A stretch of DNA of 63,551 nt, the filler included, from Choristocarpus tenellus KU-1152 (Eukaryota > Protista > Phaeophyceae), in NCBI GenBank assembly GCA_964200185.2. It is 11 parts of 11 records of this genome, joined end to end, with 100 filler letters (N's around TTAATTAATTAA, not from the genome) between each part and the next. Parts side by side here need not be neighbours in the genome. Positions count along the whole stretch, not along the records: positions 9,503 to 16,749 come from CAXNAD020006469.1; positions 16,850 to 21,324 come from CAXNAD020014388.1; positions 21,425 to 24,078 come from CAXNAD020025924.1; positions 24,179 to 28,764 come from CAXNAD020013899.1; 7 more parts are not named here. One strand, given 5' to 3'. Positions 12,901 to 25,858 of the stretch are shown one piece after another (the first letter of the stretch is position 1; each line of letters starts with the position of its first letter). A program made the translations under genes and the position numbers. The notes under the pieces are model-generated. The model was not told where the DNA came from. It saw nothing but the letters and a program-made list of their open reading frames with translations, and did no database searches.

Positions 12901-13838
12901 CCCTGATATTCATGCTGCAGTTCAACGGGCTTGATAGACCTGAGGTAAGGCACTATAGTGGTGGAGGATATGGGGACCCAGAGCTGGATAGATGCGTGTG
13001 GAGGTCGTAGGGGTTGAGAGTTTTTGGATGGAGTTGGAAGTTGATAGATGTGTGCCTGGCATGGTTGGAGCTAGATTCTAAGTGAAGGTTGGGGTTCGAC
13101 TTAACATGGAGATCCCTGACTTGATATCGACAATACGTTTGAGAAGGGAGTTTGTTGAGGTGGCAGGCATATAGTCTTTTTTTCAACTGTGTCATTGTTT
13201 TTGTTCGAGAGATTAGTAACCATATGCAATCACACGCTTGCAGATGGTGAGAGGTGAAGAGGTGGTACATACATCAACTTTATGTGGGTCCTTCTCCAGC
13301 ATTGTACCAAAATATATGTGGTTCCATTTGGTCCTCTAATGTATTGAAGTATGAGAAACAAAGGGTTTTGACAGAGGTGTACTGTGTCCAGCCAGCCCTA
13401 TTACAATATATGATCTTGTTGGAGGAAATGGTCTTTAGCGCAGTGACTGAGAATACCCAGGCAAGACTTTTTAGATCGGGCAATGGTTAGGGATTGCAGG
13501 CTGGATTTGGGGGTGAGAAGATGGTTTGGGTTATGTCCAAGGGATAGGTTTAGCATTAGGTAATACGGTTCGGGGTAATACTCACCTTAGGTTGTATCAC
13601 TAGCTACCTGTACTAGAACAAGTTGTCCAATTGCATCCCCTGATTTACCCACACTCAAACTGTTCCTTGTCCACCTCAGGACCGACCTCACACCCTTGAG
13701 TGGATAATCCAGTACAACATCTGGCCGGGAGAGGTGTTGATAATTTTCTTCACCCACCTTTTCATGATGGCAGGGCAAAGGGACCTTGTGTACATCTTAG
13801 TGTTTGTTACTGGAGTTGGAGACGGACTGGCAGAACCG
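9963..13838 (+). CDS. Multi-pass membrane protein of the CTP_transf_1 / dolichol-phytol kinase-like superfamily; internal exons only
   Basis: Four phase-0 GT-AG exons: 9963-10079 (VPKLATMIIVS...SWFK), 11787-11882 (VNYTRKIQHFAAYLVPL...), 12834-12944 (LCWGVWVTLIGF...GLDRPE) and 13680-13838 (DRPHTLEW...TGVGDGLAEP). RKxxH and GxGDGLA are family motifs. Confidence 0.85.
10772..10947. mobile_element. MITE family A copy (intronic)
   Basis: TIRs GACTCAAAGTATCT/AGATACTTTGAACC, flanked by ACCTGA on both sides. Confidence 0.9.
12190..12390. repeat. C-rich tandem duplication around a 10-N gap
   Basis: ggaaaaggaaagga(g/c)catgccttagt...ccccctagca occurs twice. May be an assembly artefact. Confidence 0.6.
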
Positions 13839-14129
13839 GTGAGTGAACAGAAACATAACAGGAAAAGCATAGCAGTTAATACATAACATGTAAAATATGA
13901 CAAGTAAAACATAACAAGTAAATAATAACAATTGAAACATAACAATGAAACACAGCAATCAAAACACAAGAAGTAAAACATAACAAGTAACATAACAGCT
14001 AAAACACAAGTAAATCATGACTAGGTGGTAATATTATTTGTTGTATGCTTCAAGACAATCTTGGAGTGGCTTTTTGGTGTTTTGAGTTTTTTTTTCTAGA
14101 ACTGTGGATTGCCCTGGAGTGCTATGTTG

Positions 14130-15781
14130 ATCAAATTCAATTCTGAAAGAAGATTTGGAACCCTTAACGAAATTATGATTAGGGTCAGCTCTTGTTAATA
14201 TTAGTACTCCCCATCCATCACAATTTTATCAGCCACAGAAAAATCCTCCATGTATACCTTAGGCGTGTTTACAAGCTCACCAGACAATTGCCTCTTCCTT
14301 ACCCCTGTGTGCTCCACACTAAAGTCACCCCCTATAATATCAAGTACTTGATTGTATACCACAAAAAGGAGTCTGCCAAGACCTTTCAAGTGTGGTTTCA
14401 TCATACTCCTCATACTGTTTCTTAATGACCTTCACCATCACCTTAACGGACCCAAACCGCCCCCATCACCTGGCATTTCAAAGACCTGAAGAAGCACAGG
14501 TCCATGGTATTGAGGTCAGGGGAGTTAGATGGTTGCGTCACAAGCCTAATCGACCACCCCTCAGTCTTCCCTACTCCTGACAATATTTCTGAGTTGGCCT
14601 TGCCCGTGTGGGGGATGGCACCGTCTTGCTGAACGACAACATGCTTCCCCTGCAACCAAGGCATCTTGGTCTTGATTGCAGGCAGTAACTCCTCTGTGTA
14701 CCACTTCCTGTACACAAATGGTCTAAAGTACAGTCCTGCTCATACACATCCCCCTTTTTATGGTTCTTGCTTGTCCTGTCTGCCGTTTTTGGCTCACACA
14801 CACGCCAAACACCAAGCTTTCCATCAAAGCTTTGAGCAAAATCTGGGCAAGCGTTGGCTGCAATAATTATGGTTTTAGGGATATAACTCTTGTGCTGCAC
14901 AGTAGGGGACCCTGAAAGGTCACCATTATCTTCATGTGGAAATACCCTAACCCTTTCCCCACCAGTCATCACTAAAAATCAGGTTTCAGCCATATGGATC
15001 GTGTTCGCCATGAGGGCATACACAACATGTTTCCGGTTCACTTGATCGCAAATAATATCCATTCTCCATACCCTTTGCCACGATTTAAGCTTGGATTTGA
15101 TCCAGCGGTGATTCGGCATGGCCCCCATATCATCCAACCGCCTGTTTATGGTGCCCGCGCTATAATTCAGCCCCTTGGCGGCCATCTTCATTGCCACCCG
15201 ATGCACTGTGGATGACTGATTATCGGAGTTGATACTATCTATGTATTGGAGCCATCTTGGTCAGTGTGAGCTCCGAAGGCAGCTCTCACTATGTGCCACC
15301 ACCTCTAGGTCAAGTGTGTTGCCATGGGTGAGCTGATCGGCGACGTCCTCCCAGAGCTCTCGCTGTAACACTCGGACACTCCAAACTCCGCTGTGAGGGC
15401 CAGGCCAATGTGTTGCGGCAGTTTATGCTCACCAGGGACCATCATGAGGGCGTGCTGCACTGCAAGCACAACCCTGGTATTCAGGGGCACTTGGGCCCCC
15501 TACGCGGGGGGGTCGACGGGGGGGTTGCCATGCCGACGTTCTGACCCTTGACGTGCTCAGTTCTGGCTTCAAAATCACCCCAATAGACCCCTACTTTGAC
15601 GGCTTTAAGCACCTTGAGTTTGTACCTAATGATCCTCGACCCGCACCTTTTCTGAAAGCTGAGATTGTGAATCCGATTTCATTCTGTGGGGTTAGGGTTA
15701 GGGTTATCGTCCGATTCGGCGCCGTTCTCGCTCGGTGAGTCCAGATGTTTCGCGGCACAAACTTATGGCACAGAGGTAGTA
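14130..15781 (-). mobile_element. Decayed mariner-like (plant/oomycete DD39D-type) DNA transposon with a frameshifted transposase
   Basis: Fragments QHKSYIPK, FDGKLGVW, LLPAIKTKMPW, QQDGAIPH...QPSNSPDLNTMDLCFF. TIR CTACCTCTGTGCCATAAG at 15751-15779 followed by TA. Confidence 0.9.
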
Positions 15782-16509
15782 TGAGAATACTTAATATTAA
15801 TTGTTATTTGTCTTCACTTTAGTATGGGGACTATCCTGAACTGTGGTTAGAGGCACCACAAACTGCAAGCTATTCATACTGTTGTATTTGTACTAACGAC
15901 ATTATTGTAGAAGTAATTGTACTCCCTCTGTACATTCCTTGCTTCTTGCTAGCTGGGGTCAGCTATCCATCGCACTGCTCATCACTCGACCTCCTCCCTT
16001 GATTCCTGTGCTGTGCCTGCCTTGGTGTCGAGTTGCATTGAAGTCTTATCACCTGTTTTGGGCTTCCAGTGCTTTTCTGTTACAGTTTCGCATAGGAGTG
16101 TACAGGCGCACTGTCTGAATTAATGGCCACCTGGACTTGGGATATTCAAAAATCGTTTTCCTCTGAAAATAAATCTCATGTTGAGGAGGCTTGAACCCGC
16201 TAAGTCATTGAAGGGAACACTTCTGGTTGTTAACTATATGCTGTTCTTGCCTTTAGTGGTGGACTGAACTGGACTGGACTTCTCCAATACCCCCACCCCA
16301 CCAAGCCCCCTTCACTTGTGATCAGATGGCAGTGTACACACACACTGCACTACTATTTCTAACCCTAACCCTATCAAGTACCAGTTGCACTATTGATAGT
16401 ACTTACTTGTACTGCGGCTTGGTTTTTTTTTCGTAGAGTTTGGGTTTGACCGACCCACCTTTGACCAACCCACAACTTGTTGCTCCGCTTCCTCCCTCGA
16501 ATCTTGTGT

Positions 16510-16678
16510 CTTTTTTTTTTTGACTTACGACGACCGAATCGAATCTTCTCCTCCGCATTTTTTTTTTTTTTTGACTTACGACGACCGAATCGAATCTTCT
16601 CCTCCGCTTTTTTTTTTTTTTTGACTTACGACGACCGAATCGAATCTTCTCCACCGCATTTTTTTTTTTTTTTTTTTT
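16510..16678. repeat. Tandem repeat of a 35-bp core separated by poly-T tracts (3 copies)
   Basis: gacttacgacgaccgaatcgaatcttctcc(t/a)ccgc followed by a T run, three times. Confidence 0.9.
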
Positions 16679-16849
16679 CTACAACCTAATCTAACCTTTT
16701 CCTCCTTTTTTTTTTTTTTTTTTTTTTTTAAACATTTAGTTTCATTTTTNNNNNNNNNNNNNNNNNNNNNNNNNNNNNNNNNNNNNNNNNNNNTTAATTA
16801 ATTAANNNNNNNNNNNNNNNNNNNNNNNNNNNNNNNNNNNNNNNNNNNN

Positions 16850-16879
16850 ACCCCCCCCCCCTCCCAGATACTTTGAGCC
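16850..16879. mobile_element. MITE family A terminus at contig edge
   Basis: CCCAGATACTTTGAGCC. Confidence 0.75.
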
Positions 16880-18719
16880 AGAAGCCGCGTTTAAGTGGCA
16901 CTACGACTGCTTTCCCCACTACTGCAATCTTAATAATACTTCAATATATGTAACTACTATTACTGCTGTTACTACTGTTGTACTAGTAACTAGTTTTAGT
17001 TGTATTACTATCGTGCTGCCTTCGTTTGCGCCTTGGTTCTCACATGTTGTATCCAGCCAGGGATAGATATTGGAATGCTGCTCGTCGCTCCAACTCCTCC
17101 CTCGAAACTTGTGCTGGACCCACCTGAGCACCACTTGGCAGTGGAGCTTTGCCGCTTTCTTCTTTGTCCAGCATTTGGTGGTGTGGTATAGCAACAGACA
17201 GAGGTTAGGATAGGACGGACAGGTGTACAATCTGCATTAACCATGCTTGTTGCATGGACTTGGGAAAACCGAAACCAGATTCCCCTGGAAATATGTCTGG
17301 TGTGGAGGAGGTGCGAACCAGCAAAATTCACGAGGAAGTAGTCTCCTTCCTCAACTACTAAGGAGTCTCAATGATGCCGTAGGTGGCTGACTGGGTAGCG
17401 CCTTTGTCGTGCACTACATGGTCCAATAGCAAGCTGCATAATCTCTTGCCTATTTACTATTCTTTCGGAATGATCTACTTACACAGAGAGAGACGTTTAG
17501 GGGTACTTGTTGCCCCTGCTTCAACCCAGATGTCACACACGGGACAGACAAGTATCCCTCAGGGTTAATTGGCTAGGTTTGCGCTCAGTACCTCGGCAAC
17601 CCATGTCCATTGGCAGCCTGTCACTGTTTGTCCCACGGTTCACACTCACAAGGTCAGAAGGACTTCTTGGCACGGTCTTTTTACTTTAAAATGGAAGGAT
17701 GGGTATATTCCTCAGCCTTTCAGCAAAGCTTTGGTAATTCTGCTATGCTCATGTATATTACAGGTGTATTAGTAAAATAGTAGTAAGATAATATACATGC
17801 AAGCAAGGTGCTAACATCTACCACCAGCAAAATGATGCGGAATAGAAGTAAATACTATGTGTGATGGAAAACATTATGCAGTACACAGTATCCACCCTCT
17901 CACCATTCATCATGCTTTATCTTAGAACAACATGAAAAATAGACATTGTAACCTTTACGCATGCCAGGAGCATGAAGAGGAGGACTCTTAATCGTTTGTG
18001 CGCAACAGTTTCCCAAGTTGCTTTCTTGGTGACCGCTGTTAACTTTGTCTCACCTTTACTTGCTGATCATCAAGAGACGAGAGTTAGTGGCCAGTCACCC
18101 ATCCTTTCACTCAATGTCTTGACTACCCTTGCGTTGCAAGAATGAACATAATCATTGCCACTACTACTGTCGCTATATATATCAAAAGTACTGATAATGA
18201 CTGTTAACCCCCAGTATTAGACAGCTAGTCATCACGCTAGTACTAGCTATCTGAATCAAATAAAATACACAGCATGGATAGAAGAGCAAGTCAAGCACAA
18301 ACATAGTCCCCAACTCTCTTTGGGCGCCATATACTATGTTGTATACTCTGGAGCAGTAAAAGCAAAATTAATCAGTGGTAACCTCAGCTCTAATCCCTAC
18401 CCATACTCTTTTGGCATGTAAAGAGCCATTCCAATGCAAGCTATATTACAAATCCTATTGCCCTGGAGATGATTTTTTGTTCCTGGTAATGATTCTTTTG
18501 CATCCTCACAGTGATTAGTCATTTCTATAGATGCACCCCCCCGAGGATAATTCCACACCAGATAATGAACTATGTCATACTTCTTCCGTTCAGAATTAAA
18601 TGTAACGTAACTTTTGCAGTCCTGATGAGGGAAGATTTTTCTTCACATGTTCATATTCATGGGTGTATTGTGGAGATACTAAAAAGGTTACCCACCAAAA
18701 TCTCAACCAAAATGGGGTA

Positions 18720-20040
18720 GCCTACACATACTGATGATTCCGACCCAAAAGCCCTCCAAAACTCCATTCCAGAATGGTATTTCATTGAATCCCCTGCGAC
18801 ATTTGGGGGGAGCTTGCCTACCTCAGCCTTTTCCTTGCTAAAGTGGGGGAATTTGTAGACATTGTCACCCTTTAACCCCACCACTTCGCTGTAGACTGCA
18901 AAGAAGCTCTGCAAGACGCTCTCTGGTGTCTCCAGGGGGCACATATCTGATGCCTCCATTGTGGTCTCCACCACCTCCTATATTGGTCACCCCCACGTCT
19001 TCCTTCAGTTGTAGGATGGAATGAAAGAATCCCAGGTCGTTGACATTAAGGCCAGCTTACTTGGCTGGCTGGGTCCCTATGGCAATGTCGTCCCCTACCG
19101 CCTCCTCAATTGCCTCCATGATCTCCCCTTGGTGCATGACTTTGCCCTGTCCTGCTATGAAGGTGGTGTGTCCTTCCGGCCTAGGCATGTGGATCTTGAT
19201 TGCTGGGATGACACCCTCGATCATGAGCTTCTTGTAACTCTCCCCGTCCACCGTGGCTGGCACAAGCACCTTGGTGCCCTTGGGGAGGTGTTTGCTGGAG
19301 CGCTGAGCGATCTTAGTATCCACAATTGGGCATATCCCAATTTTCCCATTGAACAACACCCTGTTGGAGAACTTCCTTGGACGGGCCACAACTGCAAGGA
19401 ACATCAACTTCGTAATGTAACGCTTATTCTTTACCTGTAAGGTCCTCAGTAGGGTGCACGTACACCCCTTGGCCATCTCTGAGGATGTAGAACCACTTCT
19501 TGTCCACATGCACCCACTCATACGGATCTTCCACTAATACCCCACTTCTCCCCCCTCTTGTGCTTGTGACAGATGAAGAAACCCACCCTGTGGACTTTCT
19601 GCTGGTCTGAGAGGACTGGCTTAATCCACCGCTTGACCTTCACCTTCTCGCACTTGCACATATCCCACAACGAGGCAAGGGAGACCCCGCTTTGGCTGCC
19701 CATCTGCGGCAGGATGTGTGTTATACAGACGGGATATCCCAAACATCGAGGATACTTATATGGTGACCACATGGCCCCTTGCAACCTTGTACAAGGTTCA
19801 TACATTCACCACATATGATCTGGCTGTCATACTCCTTCAGATGACAGAACACAGGGATTCGGGAAATTCTGAAGTCCTCTGCAATGGATGCTGCCGTCTC
19901 CTGAGGCATCCGAGTCTCATGCCCCCTTGCCTCCAGGCATAGCACCACCAACCTGTTCCTCATCGGGGAGTTTGAGTCCGAACCCTGGACAGACTTCTGG
20001 GCAGAAGAATTAGGACTGACGGGTGACAATGGGGGTACTT
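18720..20040 (-). pseudogene. Second mariner-like transposase pseudogene (different subfamily)
   Basis: RWIKPVLSDQQK, VHVDKKWFYI, ITKLMFLAVVARPR, FNGKIGICP, VIPAIKIHMP and GDNVYKFPH motifs spread across frameshifts. Confidence 0.9.
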
Positions 20041-21250
20041 TGTCCTAAGCACCCCAATAAACACCCGCTTTGACAGTTTCAGGAGGTTGAACCTAATCAA
20101 ACGTGACTTGGTCGACTTGGCACTGGTGATCCTCCGCAATCATGACATCCCACTATGTCAAACTTTGCACGCCTCCCAATCTACATGAGACCTAAGCCTC
20201 GTCCAGAGGGTTTATCCCATGGGTCGTTCCCAGGCGAGAATGATCTTGCAAATTCATGATGCACTTAATTCCATCCCAGGGGAACTATTGTGTATGGAAA
20301 GCTCGCAATCCTGATTCATGTCCCTACACTGTAGAAAAGTAAATAAGTGGCACAGGCTTCTAAGAAATAAACAAACACCATGCACAAAGATGCACCCTCC
20401 AGCTGTACACATGGACAACCAAGGCACCTTACATGGTTAAGCATTGGAAACAGAGGGGATCTGCTGCATGAAGGCACCTTACACTAAAGGAAGTTACCCT
20501 CAGCACACCATCCGGTCTGGTAACATACAGCATCATGATTCTGAAGCAATTGGAACTTCAAGCAATATTAATAACAAGTGGTGTGACACCTCTTGGTACT
20601 GTCCTTGAAACCCCTTCAGGCTTGTCCACTATAGTCCTACCACTTCACTCTCACAAGCACTACTGGTACCTGTGAACAGTAATGGCCTGCTTCTCTTGCC
20701 AGCAGGACCAGCAACCTCTTCTTAACTTGAACTGACACAAATTTATTCTCCCATCATAGGAAACAACAGGCACAGACCAAATCAATCGATTCATTATTGG
20801 AAATCCCGATAATGTCTGTTATGGCATGCTCCACTGCAACATGCTGTACTGTACATAAAACTAAAATCATGGTGTGGGACATAGCAAATGCTGCCCCACA
20901 CAGATGGGCAACAAACTCCAAGTACCCTCCAGCCTTAACTTCCATGCAGTCAACCACCAGACAGTAATAACTGAACATACACTCTCAATCAATATTGTGG
21001 TAAACGTGAACACAACCAAGACCTCTGAGAACCCCAATATGAAAATCAGGCGCCACAAAATTTCCCAAGCCGAAATTCCACTTAACATTCCACCACAAGA
21101 GTCCTCCGCTCACACAATATACTCTCAGGTTGACTACAGTACGGCATGATACTGACGGTGAATAGCACGTGCCCCCCCCCCTCCCACTCTCCTCTATAGA
21201 AGGAAGATGCAATGAAGCTTCATCCTTCATCCTCTCTCCCCTCCTTCTGT

Positions 21251-21286
<36 letters not shown>

Positions 21287-21291
21287 TCTCC

Positions 21292-21323
<32 letters not shown>

Positions 21324-21424
21324 TNNNNNNNNNNNNNNNNNNNNNNNNNNNNNNNNNNNNNNNNNNNNTTAATTAATTAANNNNNNNNNNNNNNNNNNNN
21401 NNNNNNNNNNNNNNNNNNNNNNNN

Positions 21425-21710
21425 GAAGACAGTAGTACAATATTTGATAGCGGTGAAGTAACTGATAGTGGTTTCCACACTTACAATGTTTTATAGTGTT
21501 CTTATGTTTAGGATATTTTATTTCTTTCGGTCTAATAACGACATGTATACATATATATAGTTTAGATTGGTTTCCCCCCTGACACATCTGCAAAATGTCA
21601 GAGGGCATAATAATATAAAATAGAGAGAGGAAGAGCGTTTTATTACGTTGAATTGACTTTTCCCCTGACACATCTGTAAAATGTCAGAGGAAATAATAAT
21701 ATATATTACG
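21425..21710 (+). mobile_element. 3' UTR/terminus of a CRE-like non-LTR element, with the terminus duplicated in tandem
   Basis: Matches the reverse complement of 23811-23990. The CCCTGACACATCTG(C/T)AAAATGTCAGAGG + (TAA)n end occurs twice. Confidence 0.75.
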
Positions 21711-22812
21711 GTAGATGAAGAAGCGAAACACCATAAACCATGATGTCATATGTGTATGTATACCCCTAACACACCTATAATATATGTACAAGGGCATAAT
21801 AATATATTCCATATACATACCAACCATTCCTGCATTGGGGACCGTTGTTATCGTGTTCGGTAGTGGCACCACTTGATAAGCTAAACTACCCAACAAGTGT
21901 ATTGTTTTGTCAGCATGTCATTCACTACTCATCACCAAAAAGTCTTGGACACACATATGGTCAGGCAACTCGGTAGTGTATGCAGGTTGATGGACATCCC
22001 TTGCGACCTGTAGGATTAGAGTCCCTTCACTATCGAGTGAGTCCCTTCGTAGGGTCCAATGGGACAGCTATGTACAATAATACTCCTCATAGAACAGTGG
22101 TGTGTGTCAGTGTTGCTGTAATGGAGTCCCGCAAGCGCAGAATCTTGCCCCTTGAAGTTTTAACCTCAGCACTTCCTTCACTAAGGAGAGGTTTGGGCGA
22201 CTTGGCAAACATGCAGAGCAATTCCTAGATGACCTGACGACTTGTGCCATTTGTGGTAGGGGGGCTGGTAGTTTCAACAGAAAGGGAGCGGTGAATGCAC
22301 GTCTGCAATTAATTGTGTCTGTCACAGGACAAGTGGTGGTTTCAACGGACGCCATGCACTTCAAGCTGGAGACACTGGACCAGTGGTGAATGCGGGACTT
22401 GATAAACCCAGGCAACTCTTTCCCTTCTTTGTAGACTGACTCCATAGTGGCAGTCTAGGAATGGTTTCAGTTATATCTGTCAGCACAAATTGGTTGGTTG
22501 TGTTAACATAAAATGCAATTATATATCAGCACATAGATTCCTATTTTGGACGAAGTTGGTTTAATGTTTTCAAATATGCAGCTCCTCATTCTATTGTAGT
22601 GTATCAGAAGGCCTTCCAGCCATGTTATCGTAGAGGGGGGTCGATTCAAACCCTTTTGATTATAGTAAGGGGCATACAAAATCTTCTACCAGATACCTCC
22701 GTTCCCATGTCTGAAAATATGCAGCTAACTGCTGTCATGAAGCAGGATGTCTGTGGATGTAAGAGAGGAGATGGTTGTTGGCCCATGCAAGCACGACATC
22801 ACCACCAAGAGT

Positions 22813-22950
22813 GAGCCAAACCAATACAGAGGTAGGCAGGGTTGCATTTGAAGGATCTTGAGAATGGGCAAAAATACGCGATTTTATGCAATTCCAGAAA
22901 GAGCCTTTTCTTAATTGCGGCGTTATTTTGTGTGTGGAAAGGGGGAAAAC
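22813..22950. mobile_element. Truncated copy of TIR element family D
   Basis: Aligns with 23161-23300 and starts GAGCCAAACC. Confidence 0.65.
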
Positions 22951-23009
22951 CAAGGCATAATGGACGGAGTCGGTATAATTACTCGTAGTTTAACAGTTTG
23001 TTACATACA

Positions 23010-23023
23010 ATAGTAGCAGCAGT

Positions 23024-23054
<31 letters not shown>

Positions 23055-23087
23055 GCAAGTAGTACTAGTAGTAGTGGTGGTAGTAGT
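23010..23087. repeat. (CAG/TAG)n trinucleotide microsatellite
   Basis: Direct reading of the sequence. Confidence 0.85.
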
Positions 23088-23160
23088 ACCTTGGATCGCT
23101 GGCTGAGATAGTCCCCAGACCAAATGAAGTGAACATCACTATATACTAGTACATATATAT

Positions 23161-23419
23161 GAACCAAACCTACTGAGAGGTAAGCAGGGTTACATTTTAA
23201 GAATCCCGAGAAAGGGCAAAAAGACGTCGTATTGTACAATTGCAGAAAGATTCCTTGCTTGATTGTGGCGTCGCCTTGTGCGTGGAAAGGAGGAACATTC
23301 ATTTTGCGTACACCATTGCGTACATAACGCAGTGAAATAGAATGTACGGCACAGAGTAAGAAATATGAAATAGAATGCACAAGGGTCCAAGCCTGCCTAC
23401 CTCTCAGTTGGTTTGGCTA
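23161..23419. mobile_element. MITE-like element, family D
   Basis: ~30-bp imperfect TIR GAACCAAACCTACTGAGAGGTAAGCAGG / CCTGCCTACCTCTCAGTTGGTTTGGCT. TSD not evident. Confidence 0.7.
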
Positions 23420-23810
23420 CGTAGTGTATTATTAGGGCGTTTAACAATAACCAGTACTGATGGCGCTTGTGTGGATAGTGCAATTGTCGCACTCAAAATC
23501 GCATGACTGCGACCTGCGCTATATTTCCAAAAAATTAAACGTGGTAGAAAAACCATTTTTGCGTTTCTAATCTCCTCAACTACTTCTACTGAGTAGTTAC
23601 AGAAGATAGAAGGGAAATGGGGTGATGTGGCATACAAATACACTACCCCTACTCAATAAAAAATAATATACTATTCCAAAATGTAGAAAGGGTGTGATAC
23701 GACAATACATACACTAGATACAGATAGATTGAAAAGGGGTCATTATTTTAACTATATATCATAGTTTGTTTGCAGATTCGCATCTGCCTATTGATAGATA
23801 AGTACTTATA

Positions 23811-24078
23811 TTTATTATTATGCCCTCTGACATTTTGCAGATGTGTCAGGGGGGAAACCAATCTAAACTATATATATGTCGTTGTTAGCCCTAAAGAAAT
23901 AAAACGTCCTAAACATAAGAACACTATAAAACATTGTGTGGAAACCACTAATCAGTTACTTCACCTGTATCTAATATTGTACTGTCTTCCTTATCTTCCC
24001 ATCTACCTACTCCTGTGCCCCTGGGGGGGAAGCTAAGGAAGCATCCCAAGAATCCAACAGAACCCTCCGTGCCCATCT
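23811..24078 (-). mobile_element. 3' end of a CRE-like non-LTR element
   Basis: Reverse complement aligns with 27215-27290 (TCTTGGGATGCTTCC) and with the terminal stem-loop/TAA tail. Confidence 0.75.
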
Positions 24079-24230
24079 NNNNNNNNNNNNNNNNNNNNNN
24101 NNNNNNNNNNNNNNNNNNNNNNTTAATTAATTAANNNNNNNNNNNNNNNNNNNNNNNNNNNNNNNNNNNNNNNNNNNNCTCTTCCTTCGTAGTCTATGTA
24201 TCATATACAATTCATTCGATTCAGGTTTCA

Positions 24231-24512
24231 ACAACCAAGTACTTAGATACAAAGGGGGGAATGACTTCAGTGTGGAGCACACAGGGGGAAGGAAGAGGCA
24301 GTTGTCTGGTGAGCTTGAAAACACATTGGAGGTAGACATGGAGACTTTTTCTGTGTCTGATAAATATTGATAGATGGGGAGTAAATAATAATAAAAAGAG
24401 CTGACCCTAACCAGAAATTTGTGACGGATTCAAAATCTTCTTTCAGAAATGAATTTCATCATCCTTAAAAGTTATGGACAACGCGGCACAGACTTATGGC
24501 ACGGAGGTAGTA
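24231..24512 (+). mobile_element. 3' end of a mariner-like element with intact TIR
   Basis: Homologous to 6310-7108 without the inserts. Ends GCACAGACTTATGGCACGGAGGTAG followed by TA. Confidence 0.85.
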
Positions 24513-24820
24513 TATTTCAAAGAGAAGAAATTGAACTATATACAAGGTTCCCTCTGAATAAATATTTATACTGCTATGGGTACAGCCTACTCCAATGGAC
24601 AAGAAGCGAGGGAAGAATCCCAAGAGTCTGTAAGGTCCCTGGGTATTCGCTGGGTAGGTGTCTCTAGCTTGAACACAACATTCTCCTCAAAATATCGACC
24701 GGTGCTGGTACAGATATATTATTTGTCTCAAGCCAGGTCTTGACACCTCCTTTCCTGGGGTATCCCCCAGACCCTCTTCCCCTTACCACATGCGCATGCA
24801 ACGAATCCAGGAAGCTCTTT

Positions 24821-24955
24821 GAGTGAAAGTATCTTAGAGGGTACGAATTTTCCCCTGTTTATCCATTTGGGGCTTGGCTTCCCACGGATTTTTTATGACA
24901 TATTCCTACTCCGAAATGTTTCGGAGAAGGTAAAATGTGTACGTTATGAAAAAGG
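24821..24955. mobile_element. Truncated MITE family B copy
   Basis: Starts GAGTGAAAGTATCTTAGAGGGTAC; the other end is missing. Confidence 0.8.
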
Positions 24956-24959
24956 TAAA

Positions 24960-25850
24960 ATCTCAACATTGTTTTGATAGTTTTGTTTCAATGTGTGGGA
25001 GTTTGAGGTATAGTTGTAATGATGCCATATGGTAACGTTTGTCATAAATGGTGACAGATGTACGGCTGGGTATTGATTGTGAAATATCCGTAACTAGGAA
25101 ACTTGTGATCATGTTCGTCTTTGGTGATTTTGATGGTGGTTGGGAACATGGTACTGTCTTGCCTTGTAATAATATCTGGGTATATTTCACCATAGTGATT
25201 TGTTCGTGTGCATGATTTTGGATGCAGTTGGCAAAGTCTTTTAGTGTTCAGTAATCGATAGAAGTAGTTAATTCTTTGGTCCCATGCTTGATAACCAAAT
25301 ATACATTGCTAATTGAGTGGGTCATGTTTCATAGAAATTATATTGTTTCTAGATCTTCTGATCAATTGTCGGTACGGGTGAGATAGATGGAGTTGTGGAG
25401 GAACAGGCCTCCGCACCTCTCGTTTTCCAATATATCCTTCGGGGTATATTGTCTGGAGATGATTTATCAAGTATCATTGTTCTCGCACCTTTGTTGTAGA
25501 CTCTGTTGTTGTCGTATTTAATGTATTATTTTTCATTTGCCTAACAGCGGGGGTGCCCTTTCAAGGTATGCTTGAAGTACAGCATATAGGCAAACAACTA
25601 TGCTATTTTGCGTTGGCACATCAAACAAATATCCTTGTAGATTTCATTCCGAAATAGGGCATGCATTGTAAATATTGGGCAGCCTTCATTAGTAAAGTGG
25701 GCAGATATGCCATGTTGAGGGTGGTTAGAACCAAGCCTGGTCACGGTAGTGATTTCACACTCTGGTACTGTCCCTGGAATTTTGGAAAAATCATTGTACT
25801 GTATGATAACTTCTACCATTGTATGGTACTCTAGTAACGGAAACTTTTGA
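24960..25850 (-). pseudogene. Possible decayed Penelope-like reverse transcriptase fragment
   Basis: VTIYDKRYHMASLQLYLKLPHIETKLSKQC resembles the YDKR...PH thumb region of Penelope-like RTs. Heavily disrupted. Confidence 0.35.
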
Positions 25851-25858
25851 AAAAATAC

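Noticed and set aside
17008-17480. Minus-strand coding-like stretch
   Set aside because: No recognisable motif or consistent splice sites; stops in all frames.
22692-22976. Stowaway-like TIR pair (TACCTCCGTTCC / GGACGGAGT)
   Set aside because: Match is short and imperfect, with no clear TA duplication.
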